Shown: positions 50,261-63,204, counted from the whole stretch's first letter. The stretch is DNA of 63,204 nucleotides, filler included, from Octopus bimaculoides (GCF_001194135.2; 4 parts of 3 records of this genome joined end to end with filler, not necessarily neighbours in it); one strand, 5' to 3'. Notes: a model not told the origin generated them from the sequence alone. Numbers and translations are program-made.

Positions 50261-52669
50261 GATTTTCTACTCTTTGCTGTTTGTATGAAAGTATTGATTT
50301 ATTTGTAATTGCTGATATTCTTAACATGAATGCTTTTTTTATTCAACATCTGTAAGATTATACAGCATTACAAAATAATTCTAGATCTGGAATGAAGGAA
50401 CGTTCTCCAAATTTTGGGACAGTAGGGTTAAAGACACTAACAAATATTTTAAAGAAATACGTAGCAAACCCACTAGGCAAATATATTGAAAAAAGATTTT
50501 TCCTTTGTTTCATTGGTGCACAATTTAGCTAGACTAATTATTGAGAGGACAAGTAAAACAAAAGCTAATTTAGAATATTTAACAAATATTTATCTATTAT
50601 ATGTATCTTCGATTATTTATTTATCTTTTAATTTATGTAATTTATATTCAAAATTTAGAAATATATTTCGTGACCTTCCACCTGACAAAACATAAAAATG
50701 TTGGTGTTAATTATATATTTCACGTATTTGAACATTTTAAACTCAATCAATTTAATTTTATTCATAAACGATTGAATTACTGAATTTAAGAATTTCTGGA
50801 CGAGCTATTTCATTTCGCTTTATTTTTTAGTTATATCATCGTCTCAAAATAAATTTTATTTTATATAGAGCGCGAACAATCAGCTTTATATTTTTCATAT
50901 GAACATTAAGATTGGTTTTCAATACTTACGCACAAATACAGGTAATTATATATTTCTATACTGGTATCAATATTGCAAATGAAAACGTAATAACTAATAA
51001 TTTACATATGTTCATAAATGTTCTTACATTGACGCAAGAGAATACAGAAATTATTTGTGCATAATATATGGCAGAATATGACTATGACAGGAACATTTAC
51101 GACAAACGGATTTTCAACATCATTACATATGCTTTACTCCAGTGCATAATCTACAAGATATTCTGCAATGTAAATTTATTGCTCTTAATTTGAATCACAA
51201 TTCATTCCTCGTTAATCCAATCTTATAAATTCGAATTTCGTGTAGATATTTCTGATGTAATCACTGAGTTACCAGAACTGTCAGCTGCATTCGCAACAAT
51301 ATTTGAAGTAGTAATACCAGGTCGAAATTGATAGGCACTAAATGTCTAGTTGAAATAAGTGATTATATCAACTGTTCGATAGGTGTATTAACTTTTCGAT
51401 ACCAATGAAAATGCTGCAGCATTTTGGGAAGTCATACCGGATTAATTACACACTGACTTTCATTTTTGTCCCACTGTATGTAATTATAATAAATTTTCAT
51501 ACCTATCTGTTTCTGATATTATTCCTCTGCACATGGAAGCATGCACAAACCGAGATGGTTAAACTCCTTTCTCACTCATTAGGTCTTCACATATTGAGCA
51601 GTAAAGTTGGCCAGTTAAAGTCTGATATCGTTCGATGAAAACCGAAACGTCATTAACGAAATTTGAAAGGTGGGAACTGATAGAGACTTCCTGGCACCTG
51701 TAATTCAGAGGCCTTTATTTTCATAAAATGACATTTTGCTGAGAAATATATCAACATTACAAACATCTGTTGACTATCGTATATTTCAATGATTAGTTGA
51801 TTTAGTTGAGCGAAATCGATGCTTTGACAGATGCAGCAAAGTATTTCGCATATTCATGTATAATAAATAGTACTGCATATGGTGAATTCATTTCAAACAT
51901 TATTGAAATCTTTATTCACACACAAGTTATTTTCTGATTATGCTGTTACCTTTGTGCATTTTCAAGTTAGATATTTACAATTCACTACATTACATATACC
52001 GATACACATTCATTTATTGTGAGTTATCTGTTTTTGCCAAGACACATTACAGCAATATCCAAGCAGCAAGCGTAAGGTTATATGTTATCAGTATAACTTT
52101 AGTATATATTGTCTATTTGAATATTGAAACAACATAGCTGACAGACTAAAAAATAAGTTAAACCAAATTCATTCTTTATAATTAGATTAAATACTTAAGT
52201 ATAATGAAAATATTGAACATATTAGAACGAAGAGTTGAAATTATTTAACGTATATATTTTTATTCTGTTTCATGCCAATACTGATAATACGAAATAGTAA
52301 ATTAAAACGGTATCTTGAAATATACGTTAAAGTATATTTTAATTGCTTAATGCTTCGAAATGAACAATGAAGTATAAGTGCATTACAAGGAAAGTATTCG
52401 CTTACAGTATTCGACATAAGAACGAATAAATTAAATGCAATTACAATTTCTATTTATTTATTGGAGTGACGAATACTCATTAATATCCTAGCAGACTATT
52501 ATAATTTCGGCATTTAAATGAGTTTGTGTTGGATTCATAAAAATAAAATTTTGTGAAGGGTAAGAATTCTCTAACACAATTCCAAATGTGTACTATTAAA
52601 TGAGCAAGGACTGCATAGAGTGCAAAGTGAGTCATCCAATGTATTTGCCTAAAGTAATCTTTTTTGCTG

Positions 52670-53045
52670 TAGGCACAAGTCCCAAAATTTTGGGGAACGG
52701 GGCAGTCGATTAGATCGACCTCAATACGCAACCTGTACTTAATTTATCGACCACAAAAGGATGACAGGTATAGTCGACCTCGACGGAATTTGAACTCAGA
52801 ACGTAAAGACAGACGAAATATCTATTTCGTTATTGCCCACAAGGGGCTAAACATAGAGGGAACAAACAAGAACAGACGAACGGATTTAAGTTGATTACAT
52901 CGACCCCAGTGCGTAACTGGTACTTAATTTATCGACCCCGAAAGGATGAAAGGCAAAGTCGACCTCGGCGGAATTTGAACTCAGAACGTAACGGCAGACG
53001 AAATACCGATAAGCATTTTGCCCGGTGTGCTAACGATTCTACCAG
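52670..53045 (-). mobile_element. family A SINE dimer (full unit 52823-53045 plus 5'-truncated unit 52670-52820)
   Basis: Two cores in tandem with CpGs well preserved. The junction is ACGAAATA-TC-TATTTCGT. Confidence 0.85.
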
Positions 53046-53550
53046 ATGGTCGCCTTTGCCTAAAATAAAGCCTTTTAATTTANNNNNNNNNNNNNNNNNN
53101 NNNNNNNNNNNNNNNNNNNNNNNNNNNNNNNNNNNNNNNNNNNNNNNNNNNNNNNNNNNNNNNNNNNNNNNNNNNNNNNNNNNNNNNNNNNNNNNNNNNN
53201 NNNNNNNNNNNNNNNNNNNNNNNNNNNNNNNNNNNNNNNNNNNNNNNNNNNNNNNNNNNNNNNNNNNNNNNNNNNNNNNNNNNNNNNNNNNNNNNNNNNN
53301 NNNNNNNNNNNNNNNNNNNNNNNNNNNNNNNNNNNNNNNNNNNNNNNNNNNNNNNNNNNNNNNNNNNNNNNNNNNTATATATATATATATGCAATTAGAA
53401 CATGTGTAAACAAACTTGCATTAGAAACAATTAATGTGAATCGCATTATACAGACAAGAAGTCAATATGTCGAAAGCACTATAAAAGTGAAAAATGCATA
53501 AAGATCGGGTATTATTATCCTTACAAGACGGAAAAGAAAAGTTGTCAATA

Positions 53551-53620
53551 GACAACGACGTGATTCGAACTCGCACCGCTCAGAAACTGGTTGAATGCAT
53601 TACCATTAAAGTAAACTGCC
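53551..53620 (-). pseudogene. decayed tRNA-Trp(CCA)-like sequence
   Basis: Minus strand AATGGTAATGCATTCAACCAGTTTCTGAGCGGTGCGAGTTCGAATCACGTCGTTGTC aligns with the eukaryotic tRNA-Trp T-arm/3' end (GCGTGTTCGAATCACGTCGGGGTC) as I recall it. The acceptor stem is broken. Confidence 0.35.
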
Positions 53621-54881
53621 CACTGGGGACCGTTTTCACGGTTATGTTGCTTTTTATTTTTATATCTGCATATGATGCACATTCAACGCTTCTAAAAGAA
53701 AACAAAAAGCTTGTTTACATAAGTTGTTGATTTGAAAAAGCCATGAGTTTTAGGGCTTATTTGTGGGAGATTGTTTGCCAGTGGGAGGTCTAGCTTAATG
53801 TAGTACTTAACCGAGATCAGGTGGGGTTCGAGTTCTGAACTGCCTGCTAGGTTTTTTTCCGTCTTATACGAGAAATAATACCCGATCTTTCTGCTGTTTT
53901 CACGGCTATGCCACTTTCGAAATATTACGTTATTCTTTGTATAATATATATAATAACAGTCACCTGCGAATTTTCCTTGTATCATGTTGTTGTCTTCTTA
54001 TTTTGTCTGTTACGTTTTTGCCCAGTTTTCGTTTATATTTTCCTTCTAACTTTTGAAATATATATATAAAAAGAGAAAAAAAAAACAGAAGTTGAAAATG
54101 CACTGATAATAGTTAACATATCTTTTTATTATTATATTTAAAGATTTAACCAGTTTCACAGTTTACACTGATTTTCAAAGTTTTGAAGTAGAAAGACGAG
54201 GCTTATGTCGCAGGTGTTTTGCTTCTGACTATTGTATGTATTTTTATAGGGAGTTTATGGCTCAAATTAGTATGTTTTGAATAGGGTTTGATTGGTAGAG
54301 GATAGTCATATGAATAATCTTAGAATTTTTGTAGGTTCCCCGCCACGTCCGTGTACTAGGACACTAAACAGTATCACTTCATACTAAATTAAGACTCATT
54401 TTCGCCGTTGGTATGGGGTCATATGGCTTTTGTTCATTTGCCTGCGTTCACCTAAAGTTGTGGTTTAGTCATTTTTACTGCTATGTTAGCATGTCGATAC
54501 TGCATGTTAGTACCCTTAAATATTAATTGGAAAAATTTACTTTAATTGGACTTTTTACGCATGCTAAGACACTGATATTATTATAAGCAATAATGTTCTC
54601 AGATATATTTATATAATTCTTATTCACTTCGATAATTTTAAATTTGCTGCGGAATTAAAAACGGTGATCGAACACAGTGAGATGAATAAACTCTATAACC
54701 CTGTGTTCAGTAAGACTCGTTGGAGTGGACTGGTGGTATTTCTCAAAGTTTGAAATCACTGCGATACGGGTATGTCTCACTTTTTCAGTTTTCAATTATA
54801 TATATATATATATATATAAGGATTTCGTAATGAAATAAAGAACTAAGTCTGTGCATTATATAGAACATTTATAACTAGAAG

Positions 54882-54930
54882 GTCTTACAGCTGTTTCCAG
54901 GATATTTATAATATCCGTCCTTCGGCGACG
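54882..54930 (-). ncRNA. degenerate minimal hammerhead-like motif in a Penelope-type repeat
   Basis: Minus strand GTC-G-CCGAAGG-AC-GGATATT-ATA-AATATCC-TG-GAAACAGCTGT-A-AGAC: 7-bp hairpin, GAAA, palindromic ACAGCTGT, GUA triplet. The core is mutated. Confidence 0.4.
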
Positions 54931-55899
54931 GTGTGAGAGGATGGTTAAGCAATAGCTAGTTTACATACAGTAGGAAATAGAGAGTGAATGTAGGGATATT
55001 GTATTTGTAAATCCATTGTTTAGGCAGAATGGTATACATATAAGATTCCAATACTTTGTGAGTAAATTCCAATAGACTTTAAGTTTGGTCATATATNNNN
55101 NNNNNNNNNNNNNNNNNNNNNNNNNNNNNNNNNNNNNNNNNNNNNNNNNNNNNNNNNNNNNNNNNNNNNNNNNNNNNNNNNNNNNNNNNNNNNNNNNNNN
55201 NNNNNNNNNNNNNNNNNNNNNNNNNNNNNNNNNNNNNNNNNNNNNNNNNNNNNNNNNNNNNNNNNNNNNNNNNNNNNNNNNNNNNNNNNTTTTATATATA
55301 TTCGATTTTCTGAAATTTATTGAATTCTTTTAAGTCCAAAATGTCGAATATTTAAACATTGCGTTCACTTTTCATGAATTTAAATATTCAATGCATTCAC
55401 TGCGGAGTAGATTTTAATGTTTAATAATAAACAGTATTAATTGGTTGCAGGCAGCATTTTAAGTCTTTATTTGCAACAATCTCATTCACGCTCGCCTCTA
55501 TTTTCATTAATGATAATTTAATAATAGCTATATAATTTCGATACGAAACAAATTCTATATTATTATAATTTTTCAGAGTTTGTTGCATTAATATTTTTGA
55601 TAAAATGAAAATATTTCAATATCCCGGATTTTTTTTTTTTTTTGATGAAGAAATTATTTTGTTGGTATGGCTACATGCAATGATACAAGCCTTAGAATAA
55701 TTATTATGTAATCGCTGCTATTTCTAGCATGCTAATCAAGATAGTTTGTAACGAAATTTTATTTATATATGATATACGACTGAAAAGGAAAATTTAGCAG
55801 AAAAGGCACTATGGTAGGGAAAAAGACGGGCAATTGAATCAGATGAAACCAGGGCATAATGACAGAAACGGATGACTTAATATGCAAGGAGACGTAGAC

Positions 55900-56880
55900 A
55901 GGATTCTGTTTCCGCTACACATGACCGACTGTTTTAGGTATCTCGCGAGGAGATTATTCTATTCAGAATAATTGTGCCAGATCACGAATTGTTAATGCAA
56001 CACTGAAGAGATCTTTTCTATGCGATCCTGTGGATGTAGTGGATTTGACAATCAATCTAAGACTACTTACAGAAGGTCATACGTATGAAAGAGAGTTTGC
56101 TAATTACCTTCTTGATGTAGGAAATGGTAACATTTCTGATGAACAAAGTCTAGATGAATTGAAAATGAAACTACCCAATGACCCTTGCCCTGAAAGCAGT
56201 ACACTTTCATATCTATGTGATTTAGTATATGCTGACCTCAAAAATAACTTCACACACCCTGTGTCTTGGAAATAAAACCATTGTTACACCAACAAATGAA
56301 GCAACGCAATTTGTTAATGATTTTCTGTTGACCAGGATCCCTGGTAAGCTAAAAACGTAAAGAAACTCAGATAGAGTTCATAATGAAATAATATACCCAA
56401 TGGGGTCCATCAACAAACTTACACCATCAGGGTTTCTACCACATAATCTCAAACTGAAGAAAAACGACGCATAACGCTTCTGATAAATTTAGATGCTACT
56501 AATGGGCATTACAATGTCACACACTACATCATTGTCAGTTTACATGATCATATTATTGAGGTTGAGTTTGGCTCTGGTCCTTATGCGGAATCAACTCGGC
56601 TAATCCCAAGAATACTACATCTATCTAAGACATGGAATTTCCATTTACATTTACACGCAAACAATTTCCTGTCAAGCCAACTTTTGCCATGACGTGCAGC
56701 AAAGAACAGGGAGAGACTTTTCAACAAATTGGAAAATATCATACGAGATAATTCTTCTCATATGGCCAGCTGTATGTTGCATTATCTAAAGTTCGAAAGA
56801 AGGCTAATGTAAAAATATAGCTGAGAGAAATGGAAACATTATGATTAGAGATAATTGTCTCTATAAGGAGATACTACGTT
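55900..56880 (+). pseudogene. Helitron PIF1-type helicase C-terminal half, degraded
   Basis: RIVNATLKRSFL..VVDLTINLRL...EREFANYLLDVGNG; TPSGFLPHNLKLK; RKQFPVKPTFAMT.SKEQG; FSYGQLYVALSKVR; DNCLYKEIL. Multiple stops and frameshifts. Confidence 0.9.
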
Positions 56881-57409
56881 AAAAGGAAAATAGGCTTTTT
56901 AGTAAGTTCCACTAAATAGAGTTGATGCATAAATTATATGTAAAGTAACATATTTTTGTCGAATTAAATTGTTTCGGCATATTTAAAAACATGCCGAATG
57001 AATTATATCGTTATATTAGATCATTTTAAATTTGGTTATCTTAGAAAAAGTAAGGAAACTTCATTCCCATGTGTTCTCATTGCACCAGACTTTTCTGTGT
57101 GTGTGTGTGTGTGTGTGTGTATCCATCTATGTATGTATGTATGTATGTATGTATGTATGCATGTATGTATGTATGTTTCTACCTATCTATTTATCTATCT
57201 ACTTATCTATCTAGCTGTCTGTCTAGCCAGCTATGCAAGTTCTACCATTTCTTAATGATAAATAGATATCACAGATTGACTCGTTAAAAAAGAGAGATTA
57301 TTACTGTGATAAAATGGTGAAAGCAATATTTATTAACAATTGAGCCCTATTATACAAGTAAATAATTAGACATAAATTATAAAATGTATTAGAATTGGGA
57401 ATGAAATGT

Positions 57410-58050
57410 GGAAATATCTCAGTGTCTAGCAGAAGACCGCCTGGAGTTAAAGGAAGGCATTATATGCCCTATTCTTAAAGAAGGTAGCAGAGAAGACGCT
57501 AAGTATTATAGACCAATCTCTCTAAATTCCCATGTCAGAAATATCCTGGAGCGCATTATCAGGAAGAAACTAATTGCATTCCTTGAAGGTAATGACTTGA
57601 TTCCTGCCATCCAGCACGTCTTTCACTCAGGCAGAAGCTGCCTTACACAGTTTATGCAACAGTATGACTTGGTGTTGAAACAATTAATGAATCGCTCAAA
57701 TGTCGATGGGATATATCTTGACTTTGCAGAGGCCTTGATAAGGTTGAATATGGGATGATATGTCGTAAACTATGGAGGCTCGGCATAACTGGGAAAATTG
57801 GAGAGTGGTTGCATGACATTTTAAAAGACAGAAGCCAGGCAGTTGCAGCCAACCGATCCCTCTCTACAGAGACATTAATAGAAAGTGATGTGCCTCAGAG
57901 AACTGTATTCGGGCCACTACTGCTTGTGGTGGCTTTTCAGATATGCCATCTGAGGGATCACCATGCAGGGGGGAGTAGATATTTTCAAGAAGCAACTTGA
58001 AATCTTATTATCCAAGATCACAGATGAACCAATGTCAACGCAGGAAACTC
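57410..58050 (+). mobile_element. CR1-clade LINE RT fragment joined to its C-terminus by an internal deletion
   Basis: YRPISLNSHV..ILERII...QHVFHSGRSCLTQ...DGIYLDFAEA...LGITGKIGEW...SDVPQRTVFGPLL, then VDIFKKQLEILLSKITDEP. Confidence 0.9.
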
Positions 58051-58173
58051 GCACAATGTTCCAATTAAAAGGTGATTACAATGGTGGTGCCACAGCATGA
58101 CCACGATCTCAGGGCTGAAACATATGAAACAATAAAATAATATATAGACGCATATATACACACACACATACAC

Positions 58174-58214
<41 letters not shown>

Positions 58215-58219
58215 TATAT

Positions 58220-59767
58220 AAAGAAGGTGTCTTTTCACCAGCGACACTTAAGCTTAACCTTTAGTTAAATCAAGGAACAAAAGTAGACGTAGAACTTATA
58301 ATTAACACTGCCATGAAAATAACGTTTTATCACTGAAATAATAGGCTGTGAATATAGCTGGAGTGCAACGTTTGTCAACTATGACGCCATTCTTGTATTA
58401 ATGGTTTGTGTAATACTTCGAAGACAATTTGGAGTTTTAATGGATTGTATAAAAGTCCTATTATGTCGATAATGGTAAANNNNNNNNNNNNNNNNNNNNN
58501 NNNNNNNNNNNNNNNNNNNNNNNNNNNNNNNNNNNNNNNNNNNNNNNNNNNNNNNNNNNNNNNNNNNNNNNNNNNNNNNNNNNNNNNNNNNNNNNNNNNN
58601 NNNNNNNNNNNNNNNNNNNNNNNNNNNNNNNNNNNNNNNNNNNNNNNNNNNNNNNNNNNNNNNNNNNNNNNNNNNNNNNNNNNNNNNNNNNNNNNNNNNN
58701 NNNNNNNNNNNNNNNNNNNNNNNNNNNNNNNNNNNNNNNNNNNNNNNNNNNNNNNNNNNNNNNNNNNNNNNNNNNNNNNNNNNNNNNNNNNNNNNNNNNN
58801 NNNNNNNNNNNNNNNNNNNNNNNNNNNNNNNNNNNNNNNNNNNNNNNNNNNNNNNNNNNNNNNNNNNNNNNNNNNNNNNNNNNNNNNNNNNNNNNNNNNN
58901 NNNNNNNNNNNNNNNNNNNNNNNNNNNNNNNNNNNNNNNNNNNNNNNNNNNNNNNNNNNNNNNNNNNNNNNNNNNNNNNNNNNNNNNNNNNNNNNNNNNN
59001 NNNNNNNNNNNNNNNNNNNNNNNNNNNNNNNNNNNNNNNNNNNNNNNNNNNNNNNNNNNNNNNNNNNNNNNNNNNNNNNNNNNNNNNNNNNNNNNNNNNN
59101 NNNNNNNNNNNNNNNNNNNNNNNNNNNNNNNNNNNNNNNNNNNNNNNNNNNNNNNNNNNNNNNNNNNNNNNNNNNNNNNNNNNNNNNNNNNNNNNNNNNN
59201 NNNNNNNNNNNNNNNNNNNNNNNNNNNNNNNNNNNNNNNNNNNNNNNNNNNNNNNNNNNNNNNNNNNNNNNNNNNNNNNNNNNNNNNNNNNNNNNNNNNN
59301 NNNNNNNNNNNNNNNNNNNNNNNNNNNNNNNNNNNNNNNNNNNNNNNNNNNNNNNNNNNNNNNNNNNNNNNNNNNNNNNNNNNNNNNNNNNNNNNNNNNN
59401 NNNNNNNNNNNNNNNNNNNNNNNNNNNNNNNNNNNNNNNNNNNNNNNNNNNNNNNNNNNNNNNNNNNNNNTATATATATGGATGTATATATATATATATA
59501 TATATATAAAGAAGGTGTCTTTTCACCAGCGACACTTAAGCTTAACCTTTAGTTAAATCAAGGAACAAAAGTAGACGTAGAACTTATAATTAACACTGCC
59601 ATGAAAATAACGTTTTATCACTGAAATAATAGGCTGTGAATATAGCTGGAGTGCAACGTTTGTCAACTATGACGCCATTCTTGTATTAATGGTTTGTGTA
59701 ATACTTCGAAGACAATTTGGAGTTTTAATGGATTGTATAAAAGTCCTATTATGTCGATAATGGTAAA
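58220..59767. repeat. identical 260-bp direct repeat (58220-58479 and 59508-59767) on both sides of an N gap; likely assembly artefact
   Basis: I see no differences between the copies; the first ends exactly at the gap. Confidence 0.85.
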
Positions 59768-59979
59768 AGTGATGAAATGCGCGAAATATTATAAAACGTG
59801 AAAAGAAATGGTGATAGAAAAACCAGCGAGCGTATGCCTGCACTTTCAATAGCCAATAAAGAATATTGAAAGCATATGATAATGGGTTTTGTATGACGGA
59901 AATAGCATTAAAAATTACTGTGTTTGAAATATCTGCAAACAGTAGGTGTTATAAGAGGAAAATACATAATATACATATA

Positions 59980-60420
59980 TACTGGGTTATCCCATAAATA
60001 AAGCGGTATTTTTTTATACTTCTTTTATTTTCAAACTTAAGAAAAAACGAAGGTATTTTTTCATCTAAAATATATCCTCGTCCATTTTCTACAATGCTCT
60101 TCCATCTATCTGGCAGACGTGCAATGCCGCTCTCCAAACATTGACCTGTCTGTGACGAAAGATACTCCACCACTACTGCTCTGACCTCATTTACAGAATT
60201 CAAATAGTTTCTGTCCGAATGATTTTGAAGATTGTGGAGTACATGTCCGGCGAATATGGTGGGTGGGGTTATCGTTTACCATTAAAACTGATCCAGGCGT
60301 TTGATTGTCATCTTCGCTGCACGTTTCCTAGCCTTACCCTGATGGAAGAACACCTTTCCACTTGAAACCAAAGATAGTCATTTTTATTCTAGTGCTGACT
60401 TAAGCCGCTCAAGATGTTCA
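59980..60420 (-). mobile_element. mariner transposon remnant (3' part of transposase plus one TIR)
   Basis: Minus strand FHQGKARKRAAKMTIKRL...HPPYSPDM...NSVNEVRAVVVEYLSSQ...GIARLPDRWKSIVENGRGY. TA followed by CTGGGTTATCCCATAAATAA at 59980. Confidence 0.85.
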
Positions 60421-60789
60421 CAGTAGATCTTCTTTGTTATCATTTGGTTTGGTTTAAAAATTCATACTAGACTAAATCTTTCATATCCCATGTAACAGAT
60501 AACAGCAACTAACGTGTGTGAAGACATTTGTTAGCATGGGATGCACGTTTATCTCCTTTCCTATCCACTTCCTTCACCATTTGATATTTTTTATAGAGAA
60601 CCCAGTTTTCGTCACCAGTACTATTCTGTCCAGAAATGGTTCATTCGTGAGTTATGCCAACAAAGAGGACCACACATAAACTCTCAGCGAGCGATTACAC
60701 TCCAAAAGCTTGTAAGGAACACATTAACCCAATTTGCTGACATATCCTATGGCACGCAGGTTTCAATGAATGTTTGAATGACCAAATCT

Positions 60790-63204
60790 AAGTAGCCCTG
60801 CTAGATCTGGCCCAAACCAGAACCCTAGCATTTTCACCGAACCGTCCCACGATACCGAGCTGCAACCCGATCGACTTTTCCCGGTTAATTATTGCTCCTG
60901 CCACAGCCTCGTATCTTTAACGGTTTCACCTACCCACTGCATGTGTTTTGACTCAAATACGATGATGGTGATATCATCTGCGTATGCGTCACTGATATTC
61001 CACAACCTAGATCTCGTGGGATGAAACTCATACACTCCAACTTTCGCAGTAAGGGCTCGAGAGCCAGCACATACAGAAGTAAGGAGAGCAAACATACTTG
61101 ATGAAGCGAACGCGTGATAGAGAATTGTTTCGAAAAGAAACCGTCCACCCCAGCGATCGAGTCAATGTTGCTGTATAAAGCTATGATCCAACTGCGAAAG
61201 ATCGGGCTCAGCCCGACCACCGTGAGAACCGTCACCAGATACAGATGATCGACCCTATCAAAAGCTTTAGATTGGTCTAAATAGACAAGTGTCCCAGCCC
61301 TGCCAGGTACACTAATATCTCACTCTGAGGTATAGCGTATAAGATGGGGATTGTAGTGTATGAAACAGCTGCCCGTGTTGGTTCTTCATAGAACTTATTG
61401 TTGCATTGTTGCCGTGTAGGGCCTCTAAACACACGGGTCCATTTCGCAGAGTTGATCCCCTGTCATTCCATTGCACGAAACTTAGCTCTGACAATGCATC
61501 GCTTGTGTTTAGCCTCGATGTGTTGGTTGATCGCCAATCTCCCGGTTAACACTTGGGATGCACTGCCAATCCTCAATTCCTCTTCTAGGGCCTTAATTAC
61601 GTCTTTTTCTACTCTATTCTTCTTAATTGCTAATTCTTTATTAAATCTAACTGACCTCAACTTGATGGATCGTTTGAGGGCACGCCACAATTTGTTGTTG
61701 ATAAAGGTGCCTGTCAGTACCCTCTTCACTAGTTGACTAATCCAGTGCCTGTACTCGTCACAGGTCAAAAGGGACCTGTTGAGTTTCCAGTAGCCGGGCC
61801 CTAGTCTAAATATCCTATCTAAGACAATCGTACAGGACACAAGTTTGTGATCGCTGTAGCTGCCATAATCAAATGGGCAATTAGCTATATCGTTATCTTT
61901 ACATCTAACTTCAATTCTATCTATAAAAGATCTAGAAGATCCGTCCCTATTCGTCCATGTCCACATTGGAGCGTCTGGAAATTCTAGTCTATCCCAGTCT
62001 GCCAGCTGAAAACGACTGAGCAGATCGGTGAGGCATGGGTTACTCCTATATAGATTCGAGCCACCACAATCCACGCGTGCATCGCAGATTGTGAAAAAGT
62101 CACGTAATAATACTAAAGTATGAGACGTGCTTAGAAAATTGTCTAGGCTTCTACAATAGTCAAACGTTCTAGGCCCGTAGTGCGAGAAGACACCTACCAG
62201 CCTGAAAGTCTTACCACTGCTGAGCGTCACATTAAGGACGAACACCAAAGATTGTTCTAGTCTCGAAAGCCAGATTTTTCATGAGTAGAATCGCAACACC
62301 ACTCCGTCCCCCTGGTTGGCATTGAGAAATATATTTCTCGTAGCCGCTCAGGAGAGAGAAAAGGCCCGCATGCCCATCAGTGTGGTTTCCGTGGCCACTA
62401 TCACATCCAATCTATGTGACTTGAGGTCATTAAGGAAGCGACCTTGCTTCCAGTTTGACTCCAAACCACGTACATTTAAACATCGTACAGTGAGTGTATC
62501 CATAAAAAGTGTTTAACTTTGTGGGAGAAGGGATGATAGTCTCTTCTCAGTATCGTCCGTGTCTGGTGGGGATTCTTTGGTTAGGCTGTCATACATGGAC
62601 GTACAGAAGTCCTTTCTGAGAGAGCAATGTCGTTGGGGAATCGGGAGCACCACACATTATAGTTTATCGTATCTATGAAATAAATTTGAATTCCCTTTGG
62701 TAGAATGATGAAGTGTTATTTATAAGATTCTGCATTTGATAGGGTTTGTTGTTTTTTTTTCGGGACCGGGAAGGGTAGATTTGGCTGTTTTCGTTGGTGT
62801 TAGTTTTGTGGTGGTCTATATGGGAATCGTGTATGTCTGCGGGGGCGTTTTTCTCATGCTGGTGATGGGGCTAGAGGGGTATGGTTGGGTGTTCCTTGTT
62901 TTTTGTAGGTTTTTTTGTGGGTTACACTAGCCCAATATTTTTTTGCTTCCTCCTTTTCGATTGTTGGAATACTATTCTCCTGTATGGGTGGATCCTTTGC
63001 ATCAGCTCTGGTTGCTAGTTCTGAGGTTTGCATTGGGGGTAGAGAGGGGCATTCTACTCTTACGTGACCTTTCTCGCCGTATTTAAAGCAGCGAGGCCTC
63101 CCCTCAACCAATACACATAATTTGGTCAAATCTCCAATTTGTATAGTCTCCGCAATCTCTTCGAGGTGTTTGTGGGGCTGGTTGAATAACTATATGCATG
63201 TATA
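60790..63204 (-). mobile_element. Tx1/L1-group LINE, decayed: ORF1 zinc knuckle, ORF2 APE endonuclease and RT
   Basis: RPRCFKYGEKGHVRVECP (62854-63129); ORF2 start MDTLTVRCLNVRGL..DVIVATET at 62503; WTWTN..RSFIDRI..YSDHKLV..GPGYWKLN; LDQSKAFDRVDH; LYVLALEPLLRKL; AYADDITI. Confidence 0.9.

Noticed and set aside
51613-51656. CTGATATC...CCGAAACGTCATTAAC as a hammerhead (also GAAACGTT at ~43841)
   Set aside because: G8/A9 of the core are lost and stem II does not pair convincingly. The 43841 site has no upstream core.
31875-56880. Joining the two Helitron fragments into one large element
   Set aside because: They are on different scaffolds separated by an artificial spacer.

Overview
This is AT-rich eukaryotic DNA, dense in microsatellites and SINEs and full of N gaps. 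The repeat content points to an octopus-type cephalopod genome (inference). It is not one locus: three identical 100-bp spacers (N44-TTAATTAATTAA-N44, stops in all six frames) at 17850-17949, 31718-31817 and 44808-44907 join four scaffolds, so adjacency across them means nothing. The only host gene I recognise is the last two coding exons of a synaptotagmin-4/11 orthologue (C2B domain, minus strand, 27854-27731 and 26016-25709). Its upstream exons are not on that scaffold. The rest is decayed mobile DNA: several tRNA-derived SINE families; R4/Dong-, Hero-, RTE-, CR1-, Crack- and Tx1-like LINE fragments; Helitron pieces; mariner, Tigger-like and hAT-like MITEs; and Penelope-type terminal repeats. 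Most ORFs in the track are artefacts of simple repeats or N runs. I found no novel multi-gene system. The best hidden signal is a set of minimal hammerhead-ribozyme folds with palindromic stem III in Penelope-like repeats, one with all helices intact at 7773-7809. Next come a 51-bp-arm hairpin and inverted SINEs in the Syt4 last intron, a CpG-decay footprint confined to the Syt4 scaffold, and a recurring SINE dimer with a palindromic junction.
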